Source of the DNA: Wallemia ichthyophaga EXF-994
Lineage: Eukaryota > Fungi > Basidiomycota
Direction: 5' to 3'
Length of the DNA stretch: 32,000 nucleotides
Assembly (NCBI RefSeq): GCF_000400465.1
Contig: NW_008806279.1
Span: 326,107 to 358,106 of the forward strand
Positions 11,152-22,094 of the stretch are shown piece by piece. Position numbers and translations under genes: made by a program. Every line of letters begins with the position of its first letter. The first letter of the stretch is position 1. A model generated the notes under the pieces. The model was not told the DNA's origin and made no database searches. It saw nothing but the letters and a program-made list of their open reading frames with translations.

Positions 11152-12482
11152 ATGTGTCCAAATGTAGCAAAGAGAATTGGTGCAGCAACCTATACCACTG
11201 TCGTCTTCGCCTTAGTTCCTTCTGTTCTCGGAACAAACGGCAGACCGTCACAGGATTGCTCATCAGACCCTAAAGAGGAATACGACAAAGGTCTACATAT
11301 AGCGGCAATCTTCATTGTTCTGGTTTCATCCGCCTTAGGGATCACTCTACCTATTCTCACGAAGGGTTTGGCTTCTACGAGGAGAAGAGCTAGGAGGATA
11401 TGGGATGAAGCAGTCTTCGTGTGAGTTTGAAGGGTGACATTTCAGTTATATCACAGTCTAAATATCCTATCTAAAGATCTAGATACTTTGGTACCGGGGT
11501 CATTATCGCGACCGCATTCGTCCATCTGCTTTTTGAGGCGTTCGAGCAGCTTGAGACGGAGTGTATTCAATTGGCTTACGATCCGACTGCTCCTGCGATA
11601 GCTATGGCATCACTATTCGTTATATTCGTTATTGATTTAGCTGTCGCCAGAACACTCAGAAAGCGCAAGAAACAAATGATGTTGTTGAGTGGTTTAGATG
11701 CTTCACAGCTCAATGACATGAAAATCTCTCAGCAAAGTTCACCTGAAGATCCACAATTGAATGACGAGTTACAAGAGAAGATCAATCAAGTTGAGACTTT
11801 GGTTAACAGGGAAAAGTATCTCGATGTGCTTATTATCGAGGGCGGTATTGTGTGAGTATGGTTTAACCACTGAACTACCGCTAATTATGTATTAGATTTC
11901 ACTGTGAGTATGAGGTAATTGGTTGATACCCCGCTAATCAAGTATTAGCGGTAATGGTCGGTTTAGGGCTTGGTGTTACTGCTGGCTCTGGTTTTGCCCC
12001 GTATTTGATAGCAATTGTTTTTCATCAAATGTGCGATGGATTTGCTATCGGTACACGCATTGCGGATGTCAAGTTCACTAGTAAGAAATACCTTCGCTTA
12101 ACGCTTATGTGCTGTGGGTTGAGGGCCATCAAAGTAATTCATAGCTAATAAAACAAAGCTGTTTACTCATTGATCACTCCAATCGGTATAGCATTAGGAG
12201 TAATTTGCTACTCATTCTTTAACGCAAATTCTCCTCCGACAATCCTTGCTATTGGTGTTCTTGATTCTATCTCTGCTGGTCTACTTATTTATGGAGCTAC
12301 AGTTGATCTCTTGGCGAAAGATTTCTTCATGGGAGATGGTGGTTTAGCAGATGCTTCCGACAAGAGAGTAGCTGGAGCTATCTTATCGATGCTTCTCGGT
12401 GCTATGGTGAGTTCAAAGGTTTTCATATACTACAAATATAACAAAGTTACAGGTAATGTCAATTTTGGGTCAATGGGCTTGA
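11152..12482 (+). CDS. ZIP-family zinc/iron permease (Zrt1-like), multi-exon with an 8-nt micro-exon
   Basis: EYDKGLHIAAIFIVLVSS, YFGTGVIIATAFVHLL, IIEGGIV|FHS|VMVGLGLG, IAIVFHQMCDGFAIG, LDSISAGLLIY and SILGQWA* are canonical ZIP transmembrane motifs. Confidence 0.92.
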
Positions 12483-12684
12483 TCCTGTGTACAAAAATTG
12501 GATTAATTGTAAAAATTTCATGTCACTTAACAAACTCGCGAACAATACGTGATTTTCATTCGATTATAGATATCATCATATATAAAATAAAATGTATAAG
12601 GGAATATTCCAAAAGAGTCAAGAGCGTGCCCATGTTTGAATAGCAGCGATGCCCTAATGTAGGCAAGGAGTATAACTAGCTCCT

Positions 12685-13241
12685 CTAGATCACACTGAGT
12701 GGCTTGGAATGTTGTCAGTTTGATTTAATTATGCAAGTAGGTCACTTACTGAGCAACCAAGGTTGATCAAACCATTTTGTTCAACCTGTAGTGTATAAGC
12801 GGAGGCAAAAAAAAACATTATACACACCTTTTCACAGCACACAGGGGTAACCTTACACATATCTTGCAAAGCTACACCAAGGATAGGGATTTGGGAGCAT
12901 TCGATACCGATTTGACCAACGATATCACTGTTATACGCGTCAAAACACGCATCATAAAGGACGGACGACTCACTTGAGACCAATGAGATCCTTTTCTTCA
13001 CCGGTTGCTTCCTGGTAGTCTTTAACAATGTTACTGAGCGGATGTTAAATGAAACTAGCGTTATTGTGTATAAACATACCAACACTAGTGAGTTGTTAGC
13101 AAGCGATAGTACACAATCAGCGCCAGTACAAACCTTTACATCTCCAACGTTGCAAGAGCCTTTGCCATCAGTTCTCTTGAAATCGTCAGCGACGACGAGA
13201 GATGCAGTAGCGGCAAGAGCGAGGAGGGCTGAGTTGAACAT
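12685..13241 (-). CDS. Class I hydrophobin, 6 exons including a 5-nt micro-exon
   Basis: Signal peptide MFNSALLALAATASLVVA. The spliced product has 8 Cys spaced C-X6-CC-X29-C-X13-C-X5-CC-X12-C and ends GCSPLSVI*. Confidence 0.92.
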
Positions 13242-13614
13242 TGCTATTTGTGATTAAATGTGGGTGGTTTCTGGTAAAGCAGAGAGTGATTCGACACTAT
13301 TTAAGTAAATCGCATTCTTCACTTTAGTTTGACATTCCCGAGTTTGAGTTTTGATTCTTAAAAGAAAAGTAAGGTAAGAAGTACGCGTCTAGCATTACTG
13401 TGAGAGATTTACGCGAATACATACGCGTATCCTGCGCCTTTTAACTTACCAAGCCGAGAAAACAGATCTTCTCCAGGAGTGTAAATGTGAAGATAGAGAG
13501 AGAGAAATGTAACTTGAAGTATGTCTAGGCGCTGCATTGAATAGTAGCGAGGCTCAAAATTTACTTTAAGCTGCTTTGATACTCTCTTCCTCGTACAACG
13601 TACGACGATAACAG

Positions 13615-15726
13615 ATGGCGTCAAGGTCGACGATAAATGCAAATAATTATGAGCAGCAAGATGAGGAAGCTGGTGAAGGCTACGCAATGCTTCCAAATGC
13701 TTCGTCGCACGCGCCTGGTTACTCCCCCTTATCTGGGGCAGCAGCCAATAGCAGGAAACAGTGGGGGAAGAAAAGCAAGGCTTTGGTATTTGTTGGGTGC
13801 GTAAAGAGGCTATTGGTTATAATTCTTACAAGCTGCGTAGACTGTCATTCGTATTTGGATTCATCATACATGTAGCATACACGTTAGCAACCAATTTCAC
13901 GAGCAACAGCGCCAAAATCCCCCCATATCCCTCAAATGGAGACCTGGTACATGATAGCGAGAGCGGACATCTCTCTAGCGATCCAATGGCCGTCGTTGCT
14001 GGTCATTCCAAATATAAATCTAAAGAACAAGTCAAAGAGCTAGTTGACAGCAGCAAGGGATACTTTGTCAGAGACTACAGCGTCTGGTTGGGATGGAATA
14101 ATGTCAGGTTCGTCCTTCTTTTGCATAATCTGTCACAATCTTATAAATATAAATCAGATATATCATAGAGACCACGTTACTTCACGCACAGATACTCAAC
14201 AGAACTGCAGTGCTACCCAGCTACGTATATGCGCGGGCGTGTGAATTCGATCAAGCTACTTGTGGTGCTTTCGCAGTGCAAGTTAATCGCGGAAAGGCAA
14301 TTGGAACAGGTCAATGGGATGATCTGCCTGAGGCTGAACAACAAGGCTGGAAGATACCACTAGGAGTGAGTGGGCTTATATGCACTCATCGGTAAGCTAA
14401 CGTTTGTGCTCAGGCTATGATTGACTTAGATCATCTGTCGCATACCTACAAGAACTTTATTACCCTTGATGATTACTTTGATGTCGAAGGCCTCCCTGCT
14501 GACATAATAGGTGTGTGATTCTCATTCGGCTGTATGACTTGTTACTGAGAGACACAAAGCGATGAATGGCCAGTGGCAACAATACTACAACAAAGACAAT
14601 AGCTATCACGTCATAGAGAATGAGTGAGGGGTATTACATGTGATGTGATTCACCCATTCTAACAACAAACCAGTGATTGGGATCCAAAAGAAATTGTCAG
14701 AGTAGACAGAGTCGGTGAACCTCCAATATCAGATCCTCAAGCAGTACCTGAAGGCCTTACACCTGCAAAAATGGAAGAGATGTTTGGAGAGGAGTCTGTA
14801 CAAGATTTGTCTTATCTTCGCATTGTTTTACAGTCTCGTGGTTTCAAGATGCCAGATGATCCCGCAGGTGCATTTGCAGCTCTTGGTTATCGTCTGATGT
14901 ATACATACGATAAAGTGGGTGGAATGGATTTCCTCAAAAGTCCTATCAATCCTATCGCGCGAGTTGCCAAGGAGTCTTCTCTTCGCGGTCTCTACGAGGA
15001 TGGACATGACGAGGAAGCGAAGATTTTCCATGTGCAGGGTGAAATTCACCTTTACAGGCCTCCTGGCTCTGTTCACTTTACCTCGAAAGGGGCGAGGAAT
15101 GACTTCAAGAAGATTATCCTCCAAGACATGAGACCATTGCCAAGGCTTTATCAATTGGCTGCTATTATCGATGAGCGTATGCGCGAAAAGAATGATGGTA
15201 GAGCGTGGACGTAAGTTGAAACAACAAATGAGTAGATTTTGATGCTTATTTAACAATCAGAGCTGCTCACCTCCGCAGAGGCGATTTTGAGAGTCAAGGA
15301 TGGGCGATGGAAGCCAACTTTAATGACCATCTCGATAGAATAAAGGATCATCTCAATAGTGGAATTCAAATGATAAATAAAAACCCCAAATACCTTCACA
15401 AGATTTCAGGATCGAACGATTCACCAAAGATGCCACAGCAGGGGGACTACTTTTACATAGGCACGGATGAGCGCAACGCGACAAACCTGGAGTATGTAAG
15501 GTCGCAAGGAGGTGTGCTGTTGTCGGACATTGTCACACCAACAGACAGAGACGAGCTAGGACCTATAGCATTATACACTGATGTGCTATCGTTATTAGAG
15601 CAGCTGATAATGGCAAATAGCGCGTACTTCTACGGATTTGCTTTATCTTCAGTCGCAGGAGGGGTAGTCAACTTGCGCACAGCAGAAAAATACAATCCAA
15701 AAACAGCATTAATAGACTCATTTTAA
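13615..15726 (+). CDS. GDP-fucose protein O-fucosyltransferase-like (O-FucT family) type II membrane glycosyltransferase, multi-exon
   Basis: Motifs LGWNNVRYIIET..LNRTAVLPSYVYARACE, YFYIGTDER and LLEQLIMANSAYFYGFALSSVAGGVVNLR match GT-B O-FucT-like proteins. N-terminal TM segment follows the first intron, whose boundary is uncertain. Confidence 0.7.
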
Positions 15727-15790
15727 ATAGCCAAGGGTTGTATTTGTTTAATCAAGTCATAAAAAATGCATAGAACAAATCAAGTTGTAG

Positions 15791-15935
15791 AGATGTTGAG
15801 CTGATTACTATCAGTGTCGCTTCAGGGCCCTCGAGCTAAGCACGCTAGCGAAATACAGCCGTTACTCTAGGCCTATCATGAAACCTATCGACTGTTGTGT
15901 TGCAGTCGACTGGTGATTAAGACGGCCTTTCCCAA
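15791..15935 (-). ncRNA. Candidate box H/ACA snoRNA
   Basis: Minus strand: hairpin 1 (AGGCC/GGCCT basal stem, internal loop, GTCGACTG/CAGTCGAT upper stem), H box AGAGTA at 15868-15863, hairpin 2 (GGCTG/CAGCT base), then ACA at 15796-15794 plus 3 nt. The pocket top lies 15 nt from the H box, and a TATA box is just upstream. Confidence 0.65.
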
Positions 15936-15960
15936 GGGATCAAAGAAGAAAATTGCGCGG

Positions 15961-16047
15961 TTATATAGGGAGAAAAAAAAATCGACAGATTTTAAGGCTG
16001 ATGGGAGTGGAGGTGGTGTGATTAGGGCGCGGTATTGATTATTAGGG
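15961..16047 (-). promoter_or_regulatory. Putative snoRNA promoter: two CCCTAA sites, poly(dT) tract and TATA box
   Basis: TTAGGG on the + strand at 16022-16027 and 16042-16047, A9 at 15973-15981 and TTATATAG at 15961-15968, in the order reported for Tbf1-dependent yeast snoRNA promoters. Confidence 0.5.
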
Positions 16048-16239
16048 AAGCCCTTGCGCCTAGAGTTGCGGGCTCGCCGAATATGATGTGGGTACGCAAA
16101 AGGATCCACAGAGACGGAAAGAGGGGCATCACATGTATAAACCGTGTCTGTGGGCTACAATCAAGTAGAAAAGATATAAATTTTCATTAATTGAATAATA
16201 TGACGGTGTCCTTGCGTCGAAACATCTCCACAAATTACA

Positions 16240-17236
16240 ATGACATCTTGTAGGTGTGAGAGAGTGATTGTATAAAGCTAAGTAGCCACAGTACCATCAC
16301 AAACGCCTCATCCACCAGTACTCCACTCTTTACCTGGATCAAGCGTGCGTTGTGAAATACCACTCAACTCCAACTGACGAATACGAAAGGATCTAATTGA
16401 AGCAGTGGCTAAGTTTGTCGTCAAGGCACAAAATGAAGCCATCGATAAGAGAGACAAGTTCACTATCGCATTGTCTGGTGGCTCAATGCCAAAGAATCTT
16501 ACAGGATTGCTTAATAGAAATGATGTCAAGTGGGACAAGTGGTGAGTAGTATTGTGGTGCGTTTAAGTGTGTCGTAGTGGCTAATGATATCTATAGGGAA
16601 GTATTCCTCGCAGATGAGCGTGTGGTGCCTTTAGATCACCCAGAATCTAACTTTAAGGCAATCTACGACGAGTTGTTCTCAAAGACACCAGTAAACATCT
16701 CTCAAATCCACGCTTTAAACCCAGATCACGATGCTATCAAGAAATTTTTCCCAGATAGCTCACCCTCTGCTAAAGAGATTGATGAATCCGAGGATTTACA
16801 GGACATGTTAGAAGATGTTGCAGACGAATACGAAAAGAAACTCGTAAACGCATTTGCTGCACGTGAAGCTGCACGTTTCCCTACATTCGATTTGATCTTA
16901 TTAGGTATGGGACCAGATGGACACACAGGATCATTATTCCCAGGCCACCCAGTTTCTAAGGAGTCTGAGCGTTGGATTGCATACGTCTATGACTCACCAA
17001 AGCCACCACCAGTGAGAATAACTTTGACTTTCCCAGTTATAAATCATGCATATCGCGTCGCTTTCATCGCTGCTGGTGAAGGTAAGCAGGACACTTTACA
17101 TCAAATTCTCGATAGCCCTTCAGGAGACCTCCCTTGCGCAAAGGTTAGACCAGCACCACCAGGAAAGGTTTACTGGTTCGTTGACGACGCTGCATCTGGC
17201 AAAACTCAATACCAAAAGACGCCTTTCCAACTTTAA
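16240..17236 (+). CDS. SOL3: 6-phosphogluconolactonase (SOL family), 4 exons
   Basis: KFTIALSGGSMPK, W|EVFLADERVVPLDHPESNF, FDLILLGMGPDGHTGSLFPGHP, DSPKPPPVRITLTFPVIN and KVYWFVDDAA. The start at ATG 16240 is inferred through a short first intron. Confidence 0.92.
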
Positions 17237-17407
17237 TGCAAATAGTTTAAATACATATCTGACGTTTAATTTCTTGATTTTTGATTAATCTGCGCGTTCA
17301 ATGCCGCTGCGTTGATGTCATGTGATTCAGATTCAGTTATGTCACACGGATTTAGTTTCCTCAGAATCCGCAATATCTTTAACTCTTTCAACCAAGATAT
17401 AACACAA

Positions 17408-17890
17408 ATGGCAAGCTTCCAACCAAAGAATCTCAAGAACGGCTCTTCCTCACCTGTTAGTTGTGGTTGGGTTGATCACTGCCACATTTCTCACGCTTGA
17501 ATTTACAGGGATTTGGTGTGGGATTGCTTCTAATTGCTACAGGAGTTGTAGCATTCGCTCTGAACAGTGGGTTGATTATATCCTCGTTATAATCACACGC
17601 TTAAATTACTTTTAGAACCAGAGAAGAAAGTAGAGAAATCTTTTATGCCTCAAGGCAAGAACTTTGGCCTTAAGGATTCTTTAAAGGAACAGGTACGTTC
17701 CGATGAAGCATCGAATGCCCAATTCGCGCGTGAGGAATCAAGAAGGAGGGAGAAGGAGAATGCTATCGCCTCTACTATAGCTGCGCGCTCTCATGCTCGT
17801 AGGCCATCTGGCCCTGCATCACCTTCAGAGATTTACAAAGCATTCTCACCTCCTACTCCACCTCAATCCTCCTTCAAAGCCGATCAATAA
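17408..17890 (+). CDS. Small orphan single-TM protein (~130 aa), 3 exons
   Basis: ATG 17408 MASFQPKNLKNGSSSP|GFGVGLLLIATGVVAFALN|KPEKKVEKSFMPQGK... joins in frame to ORF 17645-17890 via two GT-AG introns. No family recognised. Confidence 0.5.
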
Positions 17891-18297
17891 GCGTGATTGG
17901 CTTCTTTGCTTTCTTTTTTACGTAAAGTAACGATTTCTAATTCATGAAATTTAAGAAACCAAGCCGCTTCCCTGCGCTTAAGAAGATTCCCGCTCAAGAC
18001 GATGTCTTGCAAGAGGTCAATCTTTTGTTTACTTAGGGCGAGCGCTAATACTTTGCTCGTCATTGAGAGCTGTGCTGACTTCGATTTTTAGATCTCATAA
18101 ACCTTTAATATCAAGCATTATAACTCTGTTTACCAATTTATCACGGTGAGTGGAATTCTTTACTGATGAGCCAAGCTTATAGTCTATAGAAACTCACGCT
18201 CTCACTTTTGCTTTCATTGTTGTGCATAAAATCTGTTTATTGTAAATTGTTATCGATTAAATGTATTCGACGTCATCACTTGTCTATCGCCACAACC

Positions 18298-19494
18298 ATG
18301 ACCATATTCTTCCGTTCTGCTAAAGTCTCAGCCGCGAAGTTTAGACTATATTCGAGTAAGATCTATTCGTTATACATGAATTATATTCATTTACATCGCA
18401 GCTACCTCCAATCGACCTCTCGCTTTCGCTTTCGACATCGATGGAGTATTGAAGCATGGTAGATTTATCATTCCAGAAGCAAAGAAAGCTTTACAAAAGC
18501 TCGATGCACTCAACGTTCCCTACATATTCATTACAAATGGCGGTGGAACTATGGAGAACGAAAGAGCGAAAGCTATCTCAAAAGACTTTCAAATTAACGT
18601 TGACGAGTCACAAATGGTACTCTCACACACAGTAATGAAACCTCTAGCTCAACGTTTACGTGATAAAAACGTTCTCGTTGTCGGTGGTGACGAGCATGGC
18701 CAAAAGTGCCGTGAAATTGCTGAATCCTACGGTTTTAAGAATGTCTACGTTCCTACTGACATACTGTGCTGGAATAAGTTCATCTATCCATTTGCTTCTC
18801 CACCTGCACCACACGATGGTCTTCCTCAGTCGCATACTTATCGCCAAAAGCATGTAGATTTCGCTAACGTACCATTCTCTGCTGTAATGTTGTTCAAAGA
18901 TAGTGCGAATCATGGATTAGATATGCAGGTACGTGATTCGTCTTACTCTTATCTCAATTAACCTGACATCAGATAATTTGTGACCTGATTCGTAGCAAAG
19001 ATGGCTTGATTGGTACGGAAAGTGATAATGGCAAGCAAGGTGTGGAGCTGCATTTCTCCAACCCTGATCTCATTTGGACTACGTAAGCTGAACTTTCTTT
19101 ATAAGGAAATGATCTAATCATGCACAGCGAGTATCCTCAGCCTAGACATGGTCAAGGAATGTTCATAGAAGCTATAAAAATGGTTCATAATATAAGAAGC
19201 CCTGATATCGATCTTCAATATAAGCAGTACGGGAAACCGTATGCGGTAACTTATGAATACGCGGATAACCTGCTTCAACAGCTCATAAAAAAGAAAAGTA
19301 ACTCAACAGAGAATCCAATGGTAGTTATGGTCGGTGATAATCCTGATTCTGATATTCAGGGTGCTAACAATTTCGGCTGGCAATCGGCATTAGTTAGGAC
19401 GGGTGTGTATAAACACGGTATCCCAAAGCATGAGCCTAGTGTAATTGTAGATAACGTACTCAAAGCTGTTGAATGGGCAATTGAACAGCGTTGA
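18298..19494 (+). CDS. HAD-superfamily IIA hydrolase, CECR5/HDHD5-type, probably mitochondrial
   Basis: Presequence MTIFFRSAKVSAAKFRLYS, then FAFDIDGVLKHG, YIFITNGGG, FSNPDLIW, YGKPYAVTYEYA and MVGDNPDSDIQGAN (HAD motifs I-IV). Confidence 0.9.
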
Positions 19495-19563
19495 ATTGAT
19501 GACTTTAATTTAAATCGACTGATTAGATAACGTCAGTGAGCAACGCCTTGAACCATAACAGTC

Positions 19564-21184
19564 ATGGGCAACATCATTTCAACAGACAACAAAGCACAAG
19601 CTACGCAAGCTAGACAACCTCAAGATTCTCCTATCGATGAAAAACATTGTTATCTTGATGAGGTATCCGAATCACAACAACTCCTGAAATCCCTCAACCT
19701 GAAAACGAGCAGCTCAGCGGAATCTTCTGAGACTGTCAAGGTGAGTAAATTATCTAATCTGGATCAAACATATCCTGATATCACACAGATCGATACCTGC
19801 AAGAGATGGGAAAATGACTTACTCAACAATCCAAAGAATAAATTGGCTGTCGAAACTTTCTCTAAGGGAGACATCACAAACACACTCTCTGGAAGAGCAG
19901 CTAGAATATCTGATCAAAACGTCTTCAACTTGGTTGCTTCCGAGATTGAGGACGTCACCAACCAAGCCTCAAGCGGTCGCTGTTGGTTATTTGCTTCAAC
20001 AAACCTGCTGAGAAATGAGGTTAAGATGCAACTCAACATTGAAGAGTTCCAATTATCTCAAAGCTACTTGTCGTTCTGGGATAGAATTGAAAAATCGAAT
20101 CAATATCTCGAACATTCAATTGAATTGTCTGGTGAACCAATTGGAAGTCGTATCGTAGACTATATTAACAGCAGCCCAATCGGTGATGGTGGTCAATTTG
20201 ATATGGTTGTTAACCTCATTAACAAGTATGGTGTCGTTCCTCAAACAATTTACCCAGAATCGCATAATAGTTCTAACTCAGGAAAGATAAACAGCTTATT
20301 AACTACAAAGTTGCGCGAGGGTGGCTTAGAATTGCGCAAGTTGAGTACATCTGCTAAACACCTCACCTCAAATCCAGAAAGTGTCGTTCGTAGACGTAAA
20401 AATGAATTATTGGAGGAGATCTATGGCGCTGCCGTTATTGCATTCGGTCCACCACCTAGTGTGGATGAAGAGTTCGTATTTGAGTATAAAGATAAGAACA
20501 ATAAAGTCAACTCAATTAAGACTACACCACTTGGTTTCACTGATAAATACCTCAATAATTTCCGTGTCAATGACTGGTACAGTTTAATTAACGACCCGCG
20601 TAACGAATACTCTAAGCTTTACACTGTCGATAAGCTACAAAACGTCGTTGGTGGAAGACCAGTCCTGTACGTGAACACAACGGCTGATAGATTGGTAGAT
20701 GCAGTCGTTACACACTTGAAGAATGGCAAACCTGTCTTCTTTGGTTGTGATGTTGGAAAATTTAGTGAGAGGAATGGTGGTTTACTTGATCCAAAATTGT
20801 TTGACTATGAACTTGCATTCAATCTTAAGCTTGGTATGAACAAAGCAGATAGGTTAGCAACTGGAGAATCCTCAATGACGCACGCGATGAGTATCAACGC
20901 CGCTCACATTGTTGATGGTAAAGTACAGAGATTTAGAATTGAGAATAGCTGGGGTAAGGATGCAGGACAGCACGGCTATTACATTTGTACCGTTGACTGG
21001 TTCAAGGAGTTTGTTTACCAGGTTGTTGTTAACAAATCATTGGCGCCAAAGGATCTTAACGCGGTGTTTGAGAACAAGGATGATGTACACGTCCTACCTT
21101 GCTATGATCCGTGAGTAGAAATGTTTTGGATGATAGAATAATCTCTAACACTTGCTCAGTATGGGTGCTCTTGCATACTGTTAA
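19564..21184 (+). CDS. LAP3: Bleomycin hydrolase / cysteine aminopeptidase (peptidase C1B), 3 exons
   Basis: Catalytic motifs NQASSGRCWLFA (Cys), SMTHAM (His) and RIENSWG (Asn). A final intron after 21109 gives YDP|MGALAYC*; 48-nt in-frame intron at 19741-19788. Confidence 0.95.
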
Positions 21185-21382
21185 GGTTTTGCTGATTAAG
21201 AATGTAATGAAATATTTTCACGTGAATTGAATTGTTTAAGAATCAGCGAATTATCAATAATACATGACAATATCTCAATCGTTTACGAAACAAAATGACA
21301 CACATTAACTAAAGTAAAAACCAAGCACTATTATTCAAAAGAACTTGTAAATAATGAGTACATTTCAAAAGCGTCAAAGAGT

Positions 21383-22094
21383 TTAGAGGTCAGCTCTGAT
21401 AGCGGCTTGACGTTTGAGGTTCTCGAGTAATGGACCTTGTGGCTTGATGTATTGCACATAAGCACCATCCTTTTGAACGCGACCTTCACCACGCATCTTC
21501 AAGTATTCCTCACGGTCGAGGTTAGTGAAACCCCACTTCTTAGAGACAATGATCTTTTGACGACCTGGGAACTTGTAACGAGCACGACGGAGAGCTTCCT
21601 TAACGACGTGTGCGTTACGGTCTTGGCAACGAATGGAGATCAAGACTTGACCAATTTGAACACGAGCAACGGTACCGTATGGCTTACCCCAAGCGTGTCT
21701 CATACCTTGTTGCAATCTATCAGCACCAGCGCATGACAACATCTTGTTGATACGGACGACGTGGAATGGGTGTACACGGACACGCAAGTGGAATGCTTCC
21801 TTACCAGCGGTCTTGACAATGTACTTGTTGCAAGTGATACGTGCAGCCTCAAGAGCTTCTGAGGAGAGTTGTTCAAGCTCGTCAGAAACCAAGTGAGCGC
21901 AGTATGGGAAGTCGTCGACAGCAGCTCTCTTACGACCTAAGTCGAAGATACGAATCTTTGGGTCTGGAACACCACGGTTGTATCTAGACTTTGGGAATGG
22001 CTTGTTCTTGATGTATCTGTAGCAACGGAATGGTCTTCTACCCACTATGAGTTTGTTAGGTTTCACTGCTTGATACTTTTATTTTTAACGCACT
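21383..22094 (-). CDS. RPL10: 60S ribosomal protein L10 (uL16), ATG split by an intron
   Basis: [36 protein letters not shown]...[23 protein letters not shown]. The start is A(22094)|GTGCGT..CTAAC..CATAG (22093-22045)|TG. Confidence 0.97.

Noticed and set aside
15791-15935. Partial complementarity of the snoRNA candidate to 5.8S (ACGCAGCGAAAU) and 25S (CCUAUCAU, GAUUAAGAC) sequences recalled from other species
   Set aside because: The matches do not fit the bipartite pocket geometry, and this organism's rRNA sequence is unavailable, so no target is claimed.
15885-16109. 74-aa minus-strand ORF
   Set aside because: GTG start, no motif, and it overlaps the promoter elements and hairpin better explained by the snoRNA model.
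17210-17250. Cryptic peroxisomal targeting of 6PGL by readthrough or alternative splicing
   Set aside because: It ends FQL* with a TAA-TGC context (not TGA-CTA), and the extension gives no PTS1.
17920-18290. Intron-like signals and short ORFs between the orphan TM gene and the HAD gene
   Set aside because: Could not be assembled into a consistent open frame.
21437-21736. Antisense ORFs opposite RPL10, and similar ones opposite OCT1, LAP3, 6PGL and RPL13
   Set aside because: Shadow ORFs caused by codon bias in real genes.
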